A stretch of DNA of 37,191 nt, taken from the sequence record SRR22947725_7321, one strand, 5' to 3'. A model generated the notes under the pieces. It was not told the origin of the DNA, ran no database searches, and saw nothing but the letters and a program-made list of their open reading frames with translations. The translations under genes were made by a program, and so were the position numbers. Numbering within the stretch: position 1 is the first letter of the stretch; each line of letters starts with the position of its first letter. This document shows positions 1 to 9,614 of the stretch, in pieces.

Positions 1-35
1 TGTTTTTTGTCGCTGAAAAGAGATGTTATGTCCAT
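1..35 (-). CDS. 5' end of a gene running off the left edge (MDITSLFSDKK...), possibly DUF937/YidB-like
   Basis: ATG at 35-33, 4 nt after the DUF2853 stop, open to the window edge. The family guess rests only on recalled synteny with DUF2853. Confidence 0.35.
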   Translation of the reverse strand, partial: MDITSLFSDKK

Positions 36-39
36 TATT

Positions 40-379
40 TTAGTTGTAAATATGTTCTTTCTTGAATTTGACTGCAAGAAAATAATACACCATTGCTCTG
101 TATTTATTCCTGTTGGAAGTTCCCATTTGATGCATAACATCTTGTATTGCTGTTTCTAAAGCAGGGCTGTCTGTCAGTCCTAATTTTTTAATTAGAAAAT
201 TATTTTTAACAGTAGCCAATTCTTTAGGGTCTGACCCGGAAACTTTTGAAGCATCAGGGTTGTATATAGAAGGACCCAGTCCTTTGGTTACTTTAGTTAG
301 CAGCCGTGTCGACACGCATGTTTAACTTGGTTTTAAATTCACTTTCATAAAGTGAAACGGTTTCATCAAACTTACTCAT
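40..379 (-). pseudogene. DUF2853 family protein, frameshifted
   Basis: ATG at 379 gives MSKFDETVSLYESEFKTKLNMRVDT and stops at 293. The family-typical continuation LLTKVTKGLGPSIYN...NFLIKKLGL...NRNKYRAMVYY lies in another frame (40..315). Span is 340 nt = 3n+1. Confidence 0.8.
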
Positions 380-419
380 GATATTCAGATTAAGGGTTAA
401 TAAAACATAACATTGATTA

Positions 420-1178
420 TCAATGTATGTATTCGTTAGCGTCAAGGGTGTTCTTGTTATCTTGACTGGATCGTTGACATCTGTCACACAAATCACTAAT
501 ATTTTTCATTTCCTTGGCTTGAACAACGGTACCTTCAAAAATCTCAATGGTTCTATCAGAATTGATATAAGAACAATCTTCAAACAAATGAAAACTACTA
601 CCAGACTTGGTCCAATACACATAATCACGTCCATTATTTAAAGACTTAACACGTTCTGTTTCTTCAAGGTATTGTTCTTGTGAAGGGGGATTAAAATCAA
701 TCCCTGTCAACCCCGCGATTAATACGGCAATGATCGCAACCGAGGCAATAACTCTTTTTTGCTTACCGTCAAGATTATCGCTTTTAAAAATCAAAAGAAT
801 AAGGGGCAAAAAAGCAATGATGCCTATAATCAAACCCAATTGATTTTGAAGGAAAAACTTAAACCGTTGTTTTTTTGAGGCAGGATTATATCGATTTGCT
901 TTTTTCCACAACAACGAACCAACCACCACCGTCACCAAATCCAAAATAATATAAGTGATCAATACGTTGGTACTTGGTGAATCCTTACCGATTTGTATAA
1001 TGGCTAGAATTTCAAATGTAATGGCAGCCAACCAAAGCAAAATAGCTAGTATTCTAAATTTAGTGGCCTTTTTAGTGTCAATAGAAGTGTATGACGTATC
1101 CGGATTTATATTAGAAGTAGTTTCACTGGCTTCATGCACGTAGGAAGTGACTTTTTTACTGGTCTTTCTTTTTCTCAC
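420..1178 (-). CDS. Hypothetical membrane protein (about 4 TM helices) with C-terminal His/Cys putative metal-binding module
   Basis: 252-aa ORF with hydrophobic segments and VYWTKSGSSFHLFEDC...LCDRC. Co-oriented with DUF2853. Confidence 0.75.
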   Translation of the reverse strand: MRKRKTSKKVTSYVHEASETTSNINPDTSYTSIDTKKATKFRILAILLWLAAITFEILAIIQIGKDSPSTNVLITYIILDLVTVVVGSLLWKKANRYNPASKKQRFKFFLQNQLGLIIGIIAFLPLILLIFKSDNLDGKQKRVIASVAIIAVLIAGLTGIDFNPPSQEQYLEETERVKSLNNGRDYVYWTKSGSSFHLFEDCSYINSDRTIEIFEGTVVQAKEMKNISDLCDRCQRSSQDNKNTLDANEYIH

Positions 1179-1411
1179 ACTGATTCAAATAAGTTCGTAA
1201 TTGACTTGGGGTTAAGCAAAAAATATGTTGCATATAATGTAAACAATATAGGAATTATTATAAGCTATTATTTTTTATTTCTTAAAAAAATAGCGTTTTT
1301 AATGCGTTTTTACCATAAAGTAAACATTTTTACAAGTTATTTATTAACTATATAAGAACGTTCCTTATTTGATTGCTTTTTAGGTGCCATGAAAAATAGT
1401 TACATTTAAAA

Positions 1412-2308
1412 ATGCATTGGGAAAAAGCATTAGAAACATTTGCGTATTACCTCCGTTTGGAACAGGGGCTGTCTGAAAACACAATTGAAGGATATCAGTT
1501 TGATGTAAAACGTCTTGTGCGTTATTGCGAAACACTAAAAAACAAAAATACTCCAATAGCTATTGATTCCGATACTCTAAAAGATTTTGTGTTTCAACTT
1601 TCAAAGGAAGTTCTTCCACCTACACAATCTAGAATCATCTCAGGGATTAAAGGATTGTTTATTTTCCTGCAACTTGAAGGATACAGAACAGACAATCCAA
1701 CAAAATTATTGGAGGCGCCTAAAACACGTAAAACCTTCCCCGATACCTTATCAACTTCAGAAGTGGATGCCCTAATCGCAGGGATTGACACTAAAGGAAC
1801 ATTTGCTTTTAGAAATCACTGCATGCTAGAGCTACTGTATAGTTGTGGCCTTAGAGTTAGCGAGCTTACAAAGCTAAACTGTTCAGATTTGTTTTTTGAA
1901 AAGGGCCTTATTCGAGTAAGAGGAAAAGGAGATAAACTTCGATGGGTGCCGGTGGCAGATAGTACAGCTGAACTTATCGAAAAGTACCTCCACAAGTGGC
2001 GTAATAGCCTGCCCGCTAAAGGGCATGAAGACATTCTATTTTTAAACAATCGAGGTAAGGAAATAACACGTGTGATGGTATATACAATTGTTAAAAAGGC
2101 AGCATTAAGAGCTGCGATTACAAAAAACATAAGCCCACACACGCTTAGGCATTCATTTGCTACTCATCTAGTTGAAAATGGTGCTGATATCCATATTGTA
2201 CAGCACATGATGGGACATTCAAGCATAACAACCACAGAACGTTATATTCACATGAGCCAGCGTCATTTAAAAGAAGCCGTAACGCGCTTTCATCCTAGGG
2301 CAAATTAG
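1412..2308 (+). CDS. xerD: Site-specific tyrosine recombinase XerD
   Basis: SAM-like N-terminus (GLSENTIEGY), LYSCGLRVSEL, GKGDK, HTLRHSFATH, MGHSSITTTERY, terminal HPR. Confidence 0.9.
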   Translation: MHWEKALETFAYYLRLEQGLSENTIEGYQFDVKRLVRYCETLKNKNTPIAIDSDTLKDFVFQLSKEVLPPTQSRIISGIKGLFIFLQLEGYRTDNPTKLLEAPKTRKTFPDTLSTSEVDALIAGIDTKGTFAFRNHCMLELLYSCGLRVSELTKLNCSDLFFEKGLIRVRGKGDKLRWVPVADSTAELIEKYLHKWRNSLPAKGHEDILFLNNRGKEITRVMVYTIVKKAALRAAITKNISPHTLRHSFATHLVENGADIHIVQHMMGHSSITTTERYIHMSQRHLKEAVTRFHPRAN

Positions 2309-3009
2309 GGGGCTACCATACGGAACCCTTCACCATGAATATTGATGATTTCAATTGAAGGATCTCCCTTAAGATGCTTGCGGATTTTAGCAATATACAC
2401 ATCCATAGAACGCGATGTAAAATAGGTGTCGTCCTTCCATATTTTTTTCAATGCTAACTCACGTGGCATCAAGTCGTTTTTGTGCAAAATTAGCATGTGA
2501 AGTAATGACCCTTCTTTAGGAGATAATTTTACGGGCTTATCGTTGTTTAACGAGAGCTGTCGAAGCTTGGCGTTAAAATTAAACGCTCCAATTGTAAATA
2601 AATAAATATCCTTGTTTAGTTGGAAACCACTTTGCTCCATCCGCAGAAACAAGGCTTTCATTTTCAACAACAACACCTCAGAGTCAAAGGGCTTAGTAAG
2701 GTAATCATCGGCCCCGATTTGGTACCCTTTTACCACATCGTCCTTCATTGATTTGGCTGTAAGGAAAATGATAGGAACATTCATATCGTTAGCACGAATT
2801 TCTTTAGCCAACGTAAACCCATCTTTATAAGGCATCATAACATCTAATAAACAGATATCAAAATCTCCTTTATTAAATTTTTCAGCGCCCTCTACCCCAT
2901 TCCTTGCTAAAACAACATCGTAGTCGTTAAGCTCTAAGTAATCTCTTAAAATTATGCCAAAATTTAGGTCATCCTCGACTAAAAGCACTTTTTTATTTGT
3001 GGTTATCAT
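2305..3009 (-). CDS. rprY: OmpR-family response regulator (RprY-like)
   Basis: VEDD...LLDVMMP...FLTAK...DDYLTKPF receiver domain; winged helix with RSMDVYIAKIRK and IHGEGF. Confidence 0.85.
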   Translation of the reverse strand: MITTNKKVLLVEDDLNFGIILRDYLELNDYDVVLARNGVEGAEKFNKGDFDICLLDVMMPYKDGFTLAKEIRANDMNVPIIFLTAKSMKDDVVKGYQIGADDYLTKPFDSEVLLLKMKALFLRMEQSGFQLNKDIYLFTIGAFNFNAKLRQLSLNNDKPVKLSPKEGSLLHMLILHKNDLMPRELALKKIWKDDTYFTSRSMDVYIAKIRKHLKGDPSIEIINIHGEGFRMVAP

Positions 3010-4592
3010 AGCGTATGTATTAACGGGAAGCGAACAGTGAAGGTACTCCCTATTTTAGGTTGACTTTTAACATATATCGTGCCATTGTGTAATTCTACAA
3101 TCCGTTTCACATAGGACAAACCTAATCCATGACCCTTTACATTGTGAATGTTACCTGATTCCTCGCGATAAAAACGATCAAATACGCGGCGTCTGACATT
3201 GTTACTCATGCCAATACCGCTATCTTGGATAGAAACAGTAAAGGCGTCTTCAGTGATCTTTGTAACAACACTAATATCTACATTCTCATCTGAATATTTA
3301 ATAGCATTTTCTAATAAGTTGACCCAAACATTGGTCATGTGAGACTCCGACATCGGAAGGGTAATGTGCATAGGGTCTAGCGATATTTCTATTTTACCTT
3401 CATTTTGATCAATAAGTAAACGAACATGTTCAATCGCAGTTATAATTGGAGTATGCGGATTTACTTCTGAAGTAACTAGTTCTAATTCCCTCCTATCAAG
3501 TCTTGAAATTTGTAATACGTTTTCTACTTGGGTATTCATTCGCCGGCTTTCATCTCGAATCAATCCCAAGTACTGTGTGACTTTATTAGGCTGCTTGGCG
3601 ATAACCGAAGTACCCAAGGCATCTAAAGCTAGCTGAATAGTTGCTATTGGAGTTTTAAACTCATGAGTCATATTGTTGATGAAATCAGATTTGATATCTG
3701 ATATTTTCTTTTGCTTGCTGGCTTGTAAAAGCGTTATTGTAAAAACACTTATTAGTATCAAGGTAAACAATACAGACAAGGCTATGGATTGCCAAACAGA
3801 AGAACGTAAAAAAGCATTTTTCTCAGGAAAAATTATACGCAACTCGTAATTACTTGCGCCGTCTACATCTACAAAAAGAGGCGTTTTATATGTAGGCCTG
3901 CTTATGTTTTGAAGGAAAAACTCGGTTCCCAAACCCGACATACGATTGCCTTCAAAAACTCTAAACTCAAAACTAGCATCTATATCTCTTAGCAACAGTT
4001 CTTGACCCAAAAGGAGCTCTAACTCAAACGTGCTAACACGCCTTTCTATAGATTTATTTGCCGCAATATCCATAAAAATGCTTTCATACTTTGCCTTGTC
4101 CATTGAAGAAAGTCGCTCGATACGCTGCATTCGTTCAGAAGAAGACATGCGGTCTATTGTTGCGTCTACGTCTTCTTCTAAAACTGTAGTCGCCTTAATA
4201 CTTCTATACTCCAATATGGGGGTGGAATCTGAAGAAGAAGGATCATAAAGCTTTGGGAAGATCCCATAGGTGTCTTGGATAATCCCTCTAGAAACCAAGA
4301 GGGTCTTGTTTAATTCTGTGGTACGGTCGATATATTGAAAAACCTCGGTTAACTGAGATTCTTTTGGAGATCCAATACTGTCTATCAGCTTTTGGGTAGC
4401 AACGATGTAATCACGCAACTCTCGTTCCTTTATTTGCTCAGAAACAGCCGCTAATGCATTGTTTACGCTTAATGAAAATTGACGGTCTCTACTGTTTAAG
4501 TTCGTTTGAATCCAAAAGGTCTGTATGATTATGATTCCCAAAAGAGCCAAAGCCATACACGCCACTAAAACTGTAAACAACCCTTTTTTCAT
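3006..4592 (-). CDS. rprX: Sensor histidine kinase (RprX-like)
   Basis: Two TM helices, H-box NMTHEFKTP, N-box NLLENAIKY, G-boxes DSGIGM and GHGLGL; ATGA overlap with the regulator. Confidence 0.85.
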   Translation of the reverse strand: MKKGLFTVLVACMALALLGIIIIQTFWIQTNLNSRDRQFSLSVNNALAAVSEQIKERELRDYIVATQKLIDSIGSPKESQLTEVFQYIDRTTELNKTLLVSRGIIQDTYGIFPKLYDPSSSDSTPILEYRSIKATTVLEEDVDATIDRMSSSERMQRIERLSSMDKAKYESIFMDIAANKSIERRVSTFELELLLGQELLLRDIDASFEFRVFEGNRMSGLGTEFFLQNISRPTYKTPLFVDVDGASNYELRIIFPEKNAFLRSSVWQSIALSVLFTLILISVFTITLLQASKQKKISDIKSDFINNMTHEFKTPIATIQLALDALGTSVIAKQPNKVTQYLGLIRDESRRMNTQVENVLQISRLDRRELELVTSEVNPHTPIITAIEHVRLLIDQNEGKIEISLDPMHITLPMSESHMTNVWVNLLENAIKYSDENVDISVVTKITEDAFTVSIQDSGIGMSNNVRRRVFDRFYREESGNIHNVKGHGLGLSYVKRIVELHNGTIYVKSQPKIGSTFTVRFPLIHTL

Positions 4593-4634
4593 TTATTTTA
4601 TGATTTCATGAAGTATAAAAATACACAACCTTAA

Positions 4635-5225
4635 TTATACTACTCTGTTTTTTAAAAACTGTTTATGCAGTGTAGCTACCTGAACTTTTGTTTCACTCCA
4701 CTTTTCATTGCTAATAATATTAGTTGCCAGAGGAATCTTTCTTGAATCATGCCATTGATTTGCCATGCGGTTTCGAACGAATTCTTCTGAGGCAGCGTCC
4801 CGATCCATAACACGGCGAATACGCTCCTCTTCTGAAGCAATCACAAGTATAACTCCATCAAATCGACATTGACCGTGATGTTCAAAAATAATCGCTGCCT
4901 CATAAATCGTATATGGAGCATGTTGTTTTAGCTTCCACTGATCGTATTCCTTTTGTACTGCAGGATGCACGATAAGATTTAATTCCGCTAACAATTTTGG
5001 AGTACTAAAAACTTGTTCTGCAACATGGCTACGATTGAGCACTCCATCACTATATGCCTTACCATCAAAAAGCGAATTAACTGCTGAAATGATATGCGCA
5101 TCTTCCTCCATTATTTTTTTGGCAGTTATATCGGCCGAAAAAGTAGGTATGCCTAAATCTTCAAACATCCGTAATACTTTCGATTTACCACTACCAATAC
5201 CTCCAGTTAGCGCATAATGTTTCAT
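4635..5225 (-). CDS. coaE: Dephospho-CoA kinase
   Basis: LTGGIGSGKS P-loop, LNLIVHP, EAAIIFE, RVMDRD. Confidence 0.95.
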   Translation of the reverse strand: MKHYALTGGIGSGKSKVLRMFEDLGIPTFSADITAKKIMEEDAHIISAVNSLFDGKAYSDGVLNRSHVAEQVFSTPKLLAELNLIVHPAVQKEYDQWKLKQHAPYTIYEAAIIFEHHGQCRFDGVILVIASEEERIRRVMDRDAASEEFVRNRMANQWHDSRKIPLATNIISNEKWSETKVQVATLHKQFLKNRVV

Positions 5226-6166
5226 TCTAAAATAAAATAAGATACGGCTTGAGGTGAAATTAAGAGATGTTTAACTGTATTGGGTAATCCAACAACATTC
5301 ACTTGAAATTGATCCGTATTATTTCCTTGAAAAGTAACCTCAGCACGTAGGTTTGTTGCATTGATGTAGCGCAGTTGTGAAAGTGGAGCAGCAAATTTAA
5401 CTTCCACTTCTTTGGGGCTTAGCATAATATTTAAGGAATCTGGTGCGTTGGTGAGTACTACCGGAAGTATAAATGATACATCCGAATATCTGTCTACACT
5501 ACCGCTTACCGTTATTGTTGAAGCACTCCACTGAGCAAGCTGTGCAATCGAATCAATTAAGGAGGCCTTTAAGGTGAAATTATCCTTGAGCAATTTGCTT
5601 GGTTCAAGTTCATAAATAGCGCTAGTCAATCCCTCCAATCCACTTTTACTCCCTGTTGCAATTACCGTATCAATGCTAAATTGAAGCGGACTAGCAAACT
5701 GGTAACCTTCTTCTAGAAGAGGTAAACGTAACAATGATGTAGGGAATGACTTCTGGGCAGCCGGAGCCACAGGTAAAGTAAGGCTATTAGATACAAAACC
5801 TAAGACGTTTACATCTCCAGAGTTTTGCTGCTTATAATACTCTAATAAAATTGAAGAACTTATACTAGTTTCTTCTAAACCTAAGGAAGAAATCTCACTG
5901 GTTAAAAGATGAATTTCACTAGGGAATATCCTTCGAAATAAAACAGAAAAACCAGATGCAGCAACTCGCGCTGGAACAACCACCTCAGAAGCCAGTACAA
6001 GAAACTCATCAGAATCTGATTCTAATGTTACTTTTATGGGAACATTAGCGTTGTAGGGGTTTGAAAGTGAGCTAATAAGCCATACAATAGCAGCAAACAC
6101 TAAAAACAAGAGTCCTTTCTTTGAACCCAAAAACCTTCTTTTTAATGGATGGCGTTGCTTAGGCAT
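5222..6166 (-). CDS. YbbR/CdaR-like membrane-anchored protein
   Basis: N-terminal TM (FLVFAAIVWLISSLS), PDTV-like motifs, usual position upstream of coaE in Bacteroidota. Confidence 0.65.
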   Translation of the reverse strand: MPKQRHPLKRRFLGSKKGLLFLVFAAIVWLISSLSNPYNANVPIKVTLESDSDEFLVLASEVVVPARVAASGFSVLFRRIFPSEIHLLTSEISSLGLEETSISSSILLEYYKQQNSGDVNVLGFVSNSLTLPVAPAAQKSFPTSLLRLPLLEEGYQFASPLQFSIDTVIATGSKSGLEGLTSAIYELEPSKLLKDNFTLKASLIDSIAQLAQWSASTITVSGSVDRYSDVSFILPVVLTNAPDSLNIMLSPKEVEVKFAAPLSQLRYINATNLRAEVTFQGNNTDQFQVNVVGLPNTVKHLLISPQAVSYFILE

Positions 6167-6169
6167 AGT

Positions 6170-6994
6170 TTAGGATTGTTCTTGTTCTTCAAAAGCTTGC
6201 ATCACAGCGTCGCTTACTCCCATATTGGAAAATCCTCCATCATGAAATAAATTCTGAAGGGTAACTTTTCGTGTTAAATCAGAAAATAATGAAACGGTAT
6301 AATTGGCACAGTCTAATGCTGATGCATTTCCAAGAGGTGACATTTTTTCGGCATATGAAATAAATCCATCAAAACCCTTAACTCCTTTACCTGCAGTAGT
6401 TGGTGTAGGAGATTGAGAAATCGTATTTACACGAACCTTTTTGTCCCTTCCAAAGAAGTATCCAAAACTACGTGCAATTGACTCTAAAAAGGCTTTGTTG
6501 TCTGCCATATCGTTATAGTCTGGAAAAACACGTTGTGCAGCCATATATGATAATGCGACAATACTACCCCATTCATTCATTGCGTCTTGCTTATAAAGCA
6601 CCTGCATTACTTTGTGGAAAGAACCCGCAGAAACATCCCATCCTTTGGCAGTCCAATCGTATTTTTGATCGATGTAAGAGCGTCCTTTTCTAACGTTTAC
6701 TGACATTCCAATAGAATGAAGCACAAAGTCGATTTTACCCCCTAGCACCTCAACAGATTCAGAAACTAGTTTTTCGAGGTCTTCTAACGAGGTAGCATCT
6801 GCCGGAATTACAGTAGCACCTGTTTGCTCTGCAAGCTGATTTATGGTCCCCATACGCATAGCAATTGGCGCATTGGTTAGCACAAAAGAACCTCCTTCTT
6901 CGTGCACACGAAGTGCCGTTTTCCAAGCAATAGAATTCTCATCCAATGCTCCAAAAATAATCCCTCTTTTCCCTTTTAGTAATCCGTAACTCAT
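6170..6994 (-). CDS. fabI: Enoyl-ACP reductase FabI
   Basis: MSYGLLKGKRGIIFGALDENSIAW, YNDMADNK, TLQNLFHDGGFS. Confidence 0.95.
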   Translation of the reverse strand: MSYGLLKGKRGIIFGALDENSIAWKTALRVHEEGGSFVLTNAPIAMRMGTINQLAEQTGATVIPADATSLEDLEKLVSESVEVLGGKIDFVLHSIGMSVNVRKGRSYIDQKYDWTAKGWDVSAGSFHKVMQVLYKQDAMNEWGSIVALSYMAAQRVFPDYNDMADNKAFLESIARSFGYFFGRDKKVRVNTISQSPTPTTAGKGVKGFDGFISYAEKMSPLGNASALDCANYTVSLFSDLTRKVTLQNLFHDGGFSNMGVSDAVMQAFEEQEQS

Positions 6995-7009
6995 AATGGT
7001 TATTTAAAA

Positions 7010-8665
7010 TTAAACGTTTCGCAGCTCTTGCGCATGGCGCAACGCTGTTTCTTTTAGTTCTTTACCTCCCAGCATTTCTGCTAATGCTTCAATTCTTGCG
7101 TCCTCATTAAGCGGAGTCAAATAGGTCTTGGTAGTCTCATCTACAACCTGTTTATACACTCTATAATGGGTATCTGCCAATGCTGCAATTTGTGGTAAAT
7201 GTGTTATTGAAATCACTTGCATATGGCGACTCATCTCGTACATACGTTTACCCATAGCCTTGGCCATTTCGCCAGAAACACCCGTATCAATTTCGTCCAA
7301 AATTAAGGTAGGAAGCTGTGTTTTTTCTGCCATAATAGACTTAATAACTAACATGATTCTAGATAACTCTCCTCCTGAAGCAACTTTCCCGATTGGTGCA
7401 AAATCAATACCCTTGTTCGCAGAAAAAAGTAAATCCATCGTCTCAACACCTGAAGGACCTGGAATAGTAAGTGCTGTACGCTTGAATGAAAAACGAACGT
7501 GTTCCATTCCAAGATCACGAGATCGTAAGACTAGCAATTCGGAAAGAGGCACACAGGACTTTTCACGTTGAGAAGAAAGCGCTTGGGCGGCATTATTCAA
7601 GGCATGAAATGCAGTATCAACGTCTTTAGTTTTTGCACTGATTTGATTTTCTAAACTTTCAACATCTTCACATAACTCACGTAACTGCTTACGCTTTTCA
7701 ATAAGTCCACGCGCATCTTGAACCTGATGTTTTTGACATAGACTATGCAGTGCACTAAGGGTGTCTTCAACTTCTCGAAGCTTAGAAGGATCATCTAAAA
7801 TGGCCTCACCTAAATCTTCCGCTTCTTGAAAAATATCTGCAACTTCAATCCCAACACTCGTAATGCGCTCTTGTAATGAAGAATACGATGGACCAATTGA
7901 AGCAATTTTAGCTACAAGCTGCCGTAATTCTAGCAGTTGATCCTTAATGCCAACACTTTCCTGTGAACCTAATGCCACGATTGATGCTAGCGTTGAACGA
8001 AGATCTGTGGCATTCCGCAAGATAGATGCCTCATTTTCAAGAAGTTCAATACTGTCAGGTGTAAAAGAAACTTGATCTAACTCATGAAGTAAGAACTTGT
8101 GATAATCTAAGGACTCATTGGATTGCTTCTGCCGTTCACAAAGAGACGTTAACTCATTAGAGAGGGATTTCCAAAGGGTGAACTTTTCCTTGTATAAATT
8201 CAGGAGGCTTTGATCTTCAGAAAAAGCATCAATTAATGCTAAATAAAACCCAGGATCTGTTAATTGAATGGTTTGACGTTGGGTATGAATATCGACCAAA
8301 GCCGAACCAATCGATTTTAATGCATCTAATGTTACAGGAGTGTCATTTATAAATGCCCGTGATTTCCCTGAAGCACTCAATTCCCGACGAATTACTGATG
8401 TTGGTTCTTTATCTAAGTCAAACGCTTCAAACAATGCCTGTAAATTATGAGAACGAATATCAAAGGTTGCCTCAACAATACATTTGGTTGCTCCTTTACG
8501 GATTGTTGCAAGATTTGCTCGATGACCAAGGATAAGCGAAAGGGCTTCAAGTAAAATCGACTTTCCTGAGCCAGTCTCTCCTGTTACAATACATAAACCA
8601 GAGGTGAAATTAACCTCTAAATCTTCGATCAAAGAAAAATTCTTAATGTACAGTGATTGTAACAC
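7010..8665 (-). CDS. recN: DNA repair protein RecN
   Basis: GETGSGKS Walker A, SGGELSR signature, LILDEIDTGVSG, ITHLPQIAA. Confidence 0.96.
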   Translation of the reverse strand: MLQSLYIKNFSLIEDLEVNFTSGLCIVTGETGSGKSILLEALSLILGHRANLATIRKGATKCIVEATFDIRSHNLQALFEAFDLDKEPTSVIRRELSASGKSRAFINDTPVTLDALKSIGSALVDIHTQRQTIQLTDPGFYLALIDAFSEDQSLLNLYKEKFTLWKSLSNELTSLCERQKQSNESLDYHKFLLHELDQVSFTPDSIELLENEASILRNATDLRSTLASIVALGSQESVGIKDQLLELRQLVAKIASIGPSYSSLQERITSVGIEVADIFQEAEDLGEAILDDPSKLREVEDTLSALHSLCQKHQVQDARGLIEKRKQLRELCEDVESLENQISAKTKDVDTAFHALNNAAQALSSQREKSCVPLSELLVLRSRDLGMEHVRFSFKRTALTIPGPSGVETMDLLFSANKGIDFAPIGKVASGGELSRIMLVIKSIMAEKTQLPTLILDEIDTGVSGEMAKAMGKRMYEMSRHMQVISITHLPQIAALADTHYRVYKQVVDETTKTYLTPLNEDARIEALAEMLGGKELKETALRHAQELRNV

Positions 8666-8686
8666 GGTATAATATTCAGATTAATT

Positions 8687-8694
8687 CAAATATA
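8687..8694 (-). promoter_or_regulatory. Bacteroidota -7 promoter box (TATATTTG) for recN
   Basis: Exact TAnnTTTG match 21 nt upstream of the recN start. Confidence 0.6.
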
Positions 8695-8726
8695 GCGCCT
8701 TTATATAACTTGTAGACACCAATTTA

Positions 8727-9614
8727 TTAACGTTCAATTCCACTCCAGTATGAAGACATGCTTGGTGCAAAACGATTCAAAAAACGAAGTAAGTCTTTTG
8801 TGTCCGTTTCGGGACCGTCACTAAACAACTGACCTATCTCTTCAGCCTTAGAATCAAAAAAAGCTCGAATCAAGTAGGAGTTTGGCTGACGCCGCATAAG
8901 AGGTTCGAGGGTAAGCAATTGGCTTACAATTACTTGCTTTGCTTCTAATGGTTGGTCAGTCATTACATCCAATCCGTTTCGGTGATATTCATAAATGAGA
9001 TTTCGAAACACATCAAATGCAGGAAATGATAATTGATCTATTAACTCAAATCGACCATTTCTGTTTTTACTTACATCCCATCCAGGAGCATTGCTTGCCT
9101 GAGCAGCATTAGCAATGGTTCGGGCGCGCTCAAAGTAAAGGGTTCCGCCTTTTAATGAATAACTATCAAGTTCCATTCCAATAGCCAAATTCACATAATA
9201 CGAAAGGACCGAAGTTATGTTGTTATTGTATCGATTAACATCAAAATAAAAAGGCTGAAATTCTTGATACGTGAAATTAAAATTGTCATCAAGAATATTA
9301 ATTAATGGTGAAGAATAACTACTATTATAAACCAAGCGTCCCGATTGAATTTGAAGTGTTCCAGAGTAGTTATTGTCATTTATATTAGAAATATTCAGTA
9401 ACAATACGATAGAAATTTCGGATTGCTCGGGCCCTCGTTCTTTAGTCCACTTTGTAGTGTTCAAAAAATCTTGAGCCGCCTTTTCTAGGGTTTTAACAGG
9501 TGTAATGTTGGTCTGATCAACTAAATCTGTATTTACGACTAAGGATATACGTACAGGTTGTGCGCATAACATAGAACAACAAAAAGCAATAAAAAAAATA
9601 TGTTTAAGAATCAT
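8727..9614 (-). CDS. DUF4835 family protein (PorD-like, type IX secretion-associated)
   Basis: Signal peptide, FNFTYQEFQ, YEYHRNGLD, FFDSKAEEI; usual coaBC-DUF4835-recN order. Confidence 0.8.
   Translation of the reverse strand: MILKHIFFIAFCCSMLCAQPVRISLVVNTDLVDQTNITPVKTLEKAAQDFLNTTKWTKERGPEQSEISIVLLLNISNINDNNYSGTLQIQSGRLVYNSSYSSPLINILDDNFNFTYQEFQPFYFDVNRYNNNITSVLSYYVNLAIGMELDSYSLKGGTLYFERARTIANAAQASNAPGWDVSKNRNGRFELIDQLSFPAFDVFRNLIYEYHRNGLDVMTDQPLEAKQVIVSQLLTLEPLMRRQPNSYLIRAFFDSKAEEIGQLFSDGPETDTKDLLRFLNRFAPSMSSYWSGIER

Noticed and set aside
1134..1355. 73-aa ORF across the AT-rich spacer
   Set aside because: Low-complexity I/F/Y/K composition typical of translated AT-rich non-coding DNA; it also overlaps the opposite-strand gene.
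1412..2308. Tyrosine recombinase as the integrase of a genomic island or prophage
   Set aside because: Length and motifs (including terminal HPR) fit housekeeping XerD; no att repeats, tRNA or phage genes nearby.
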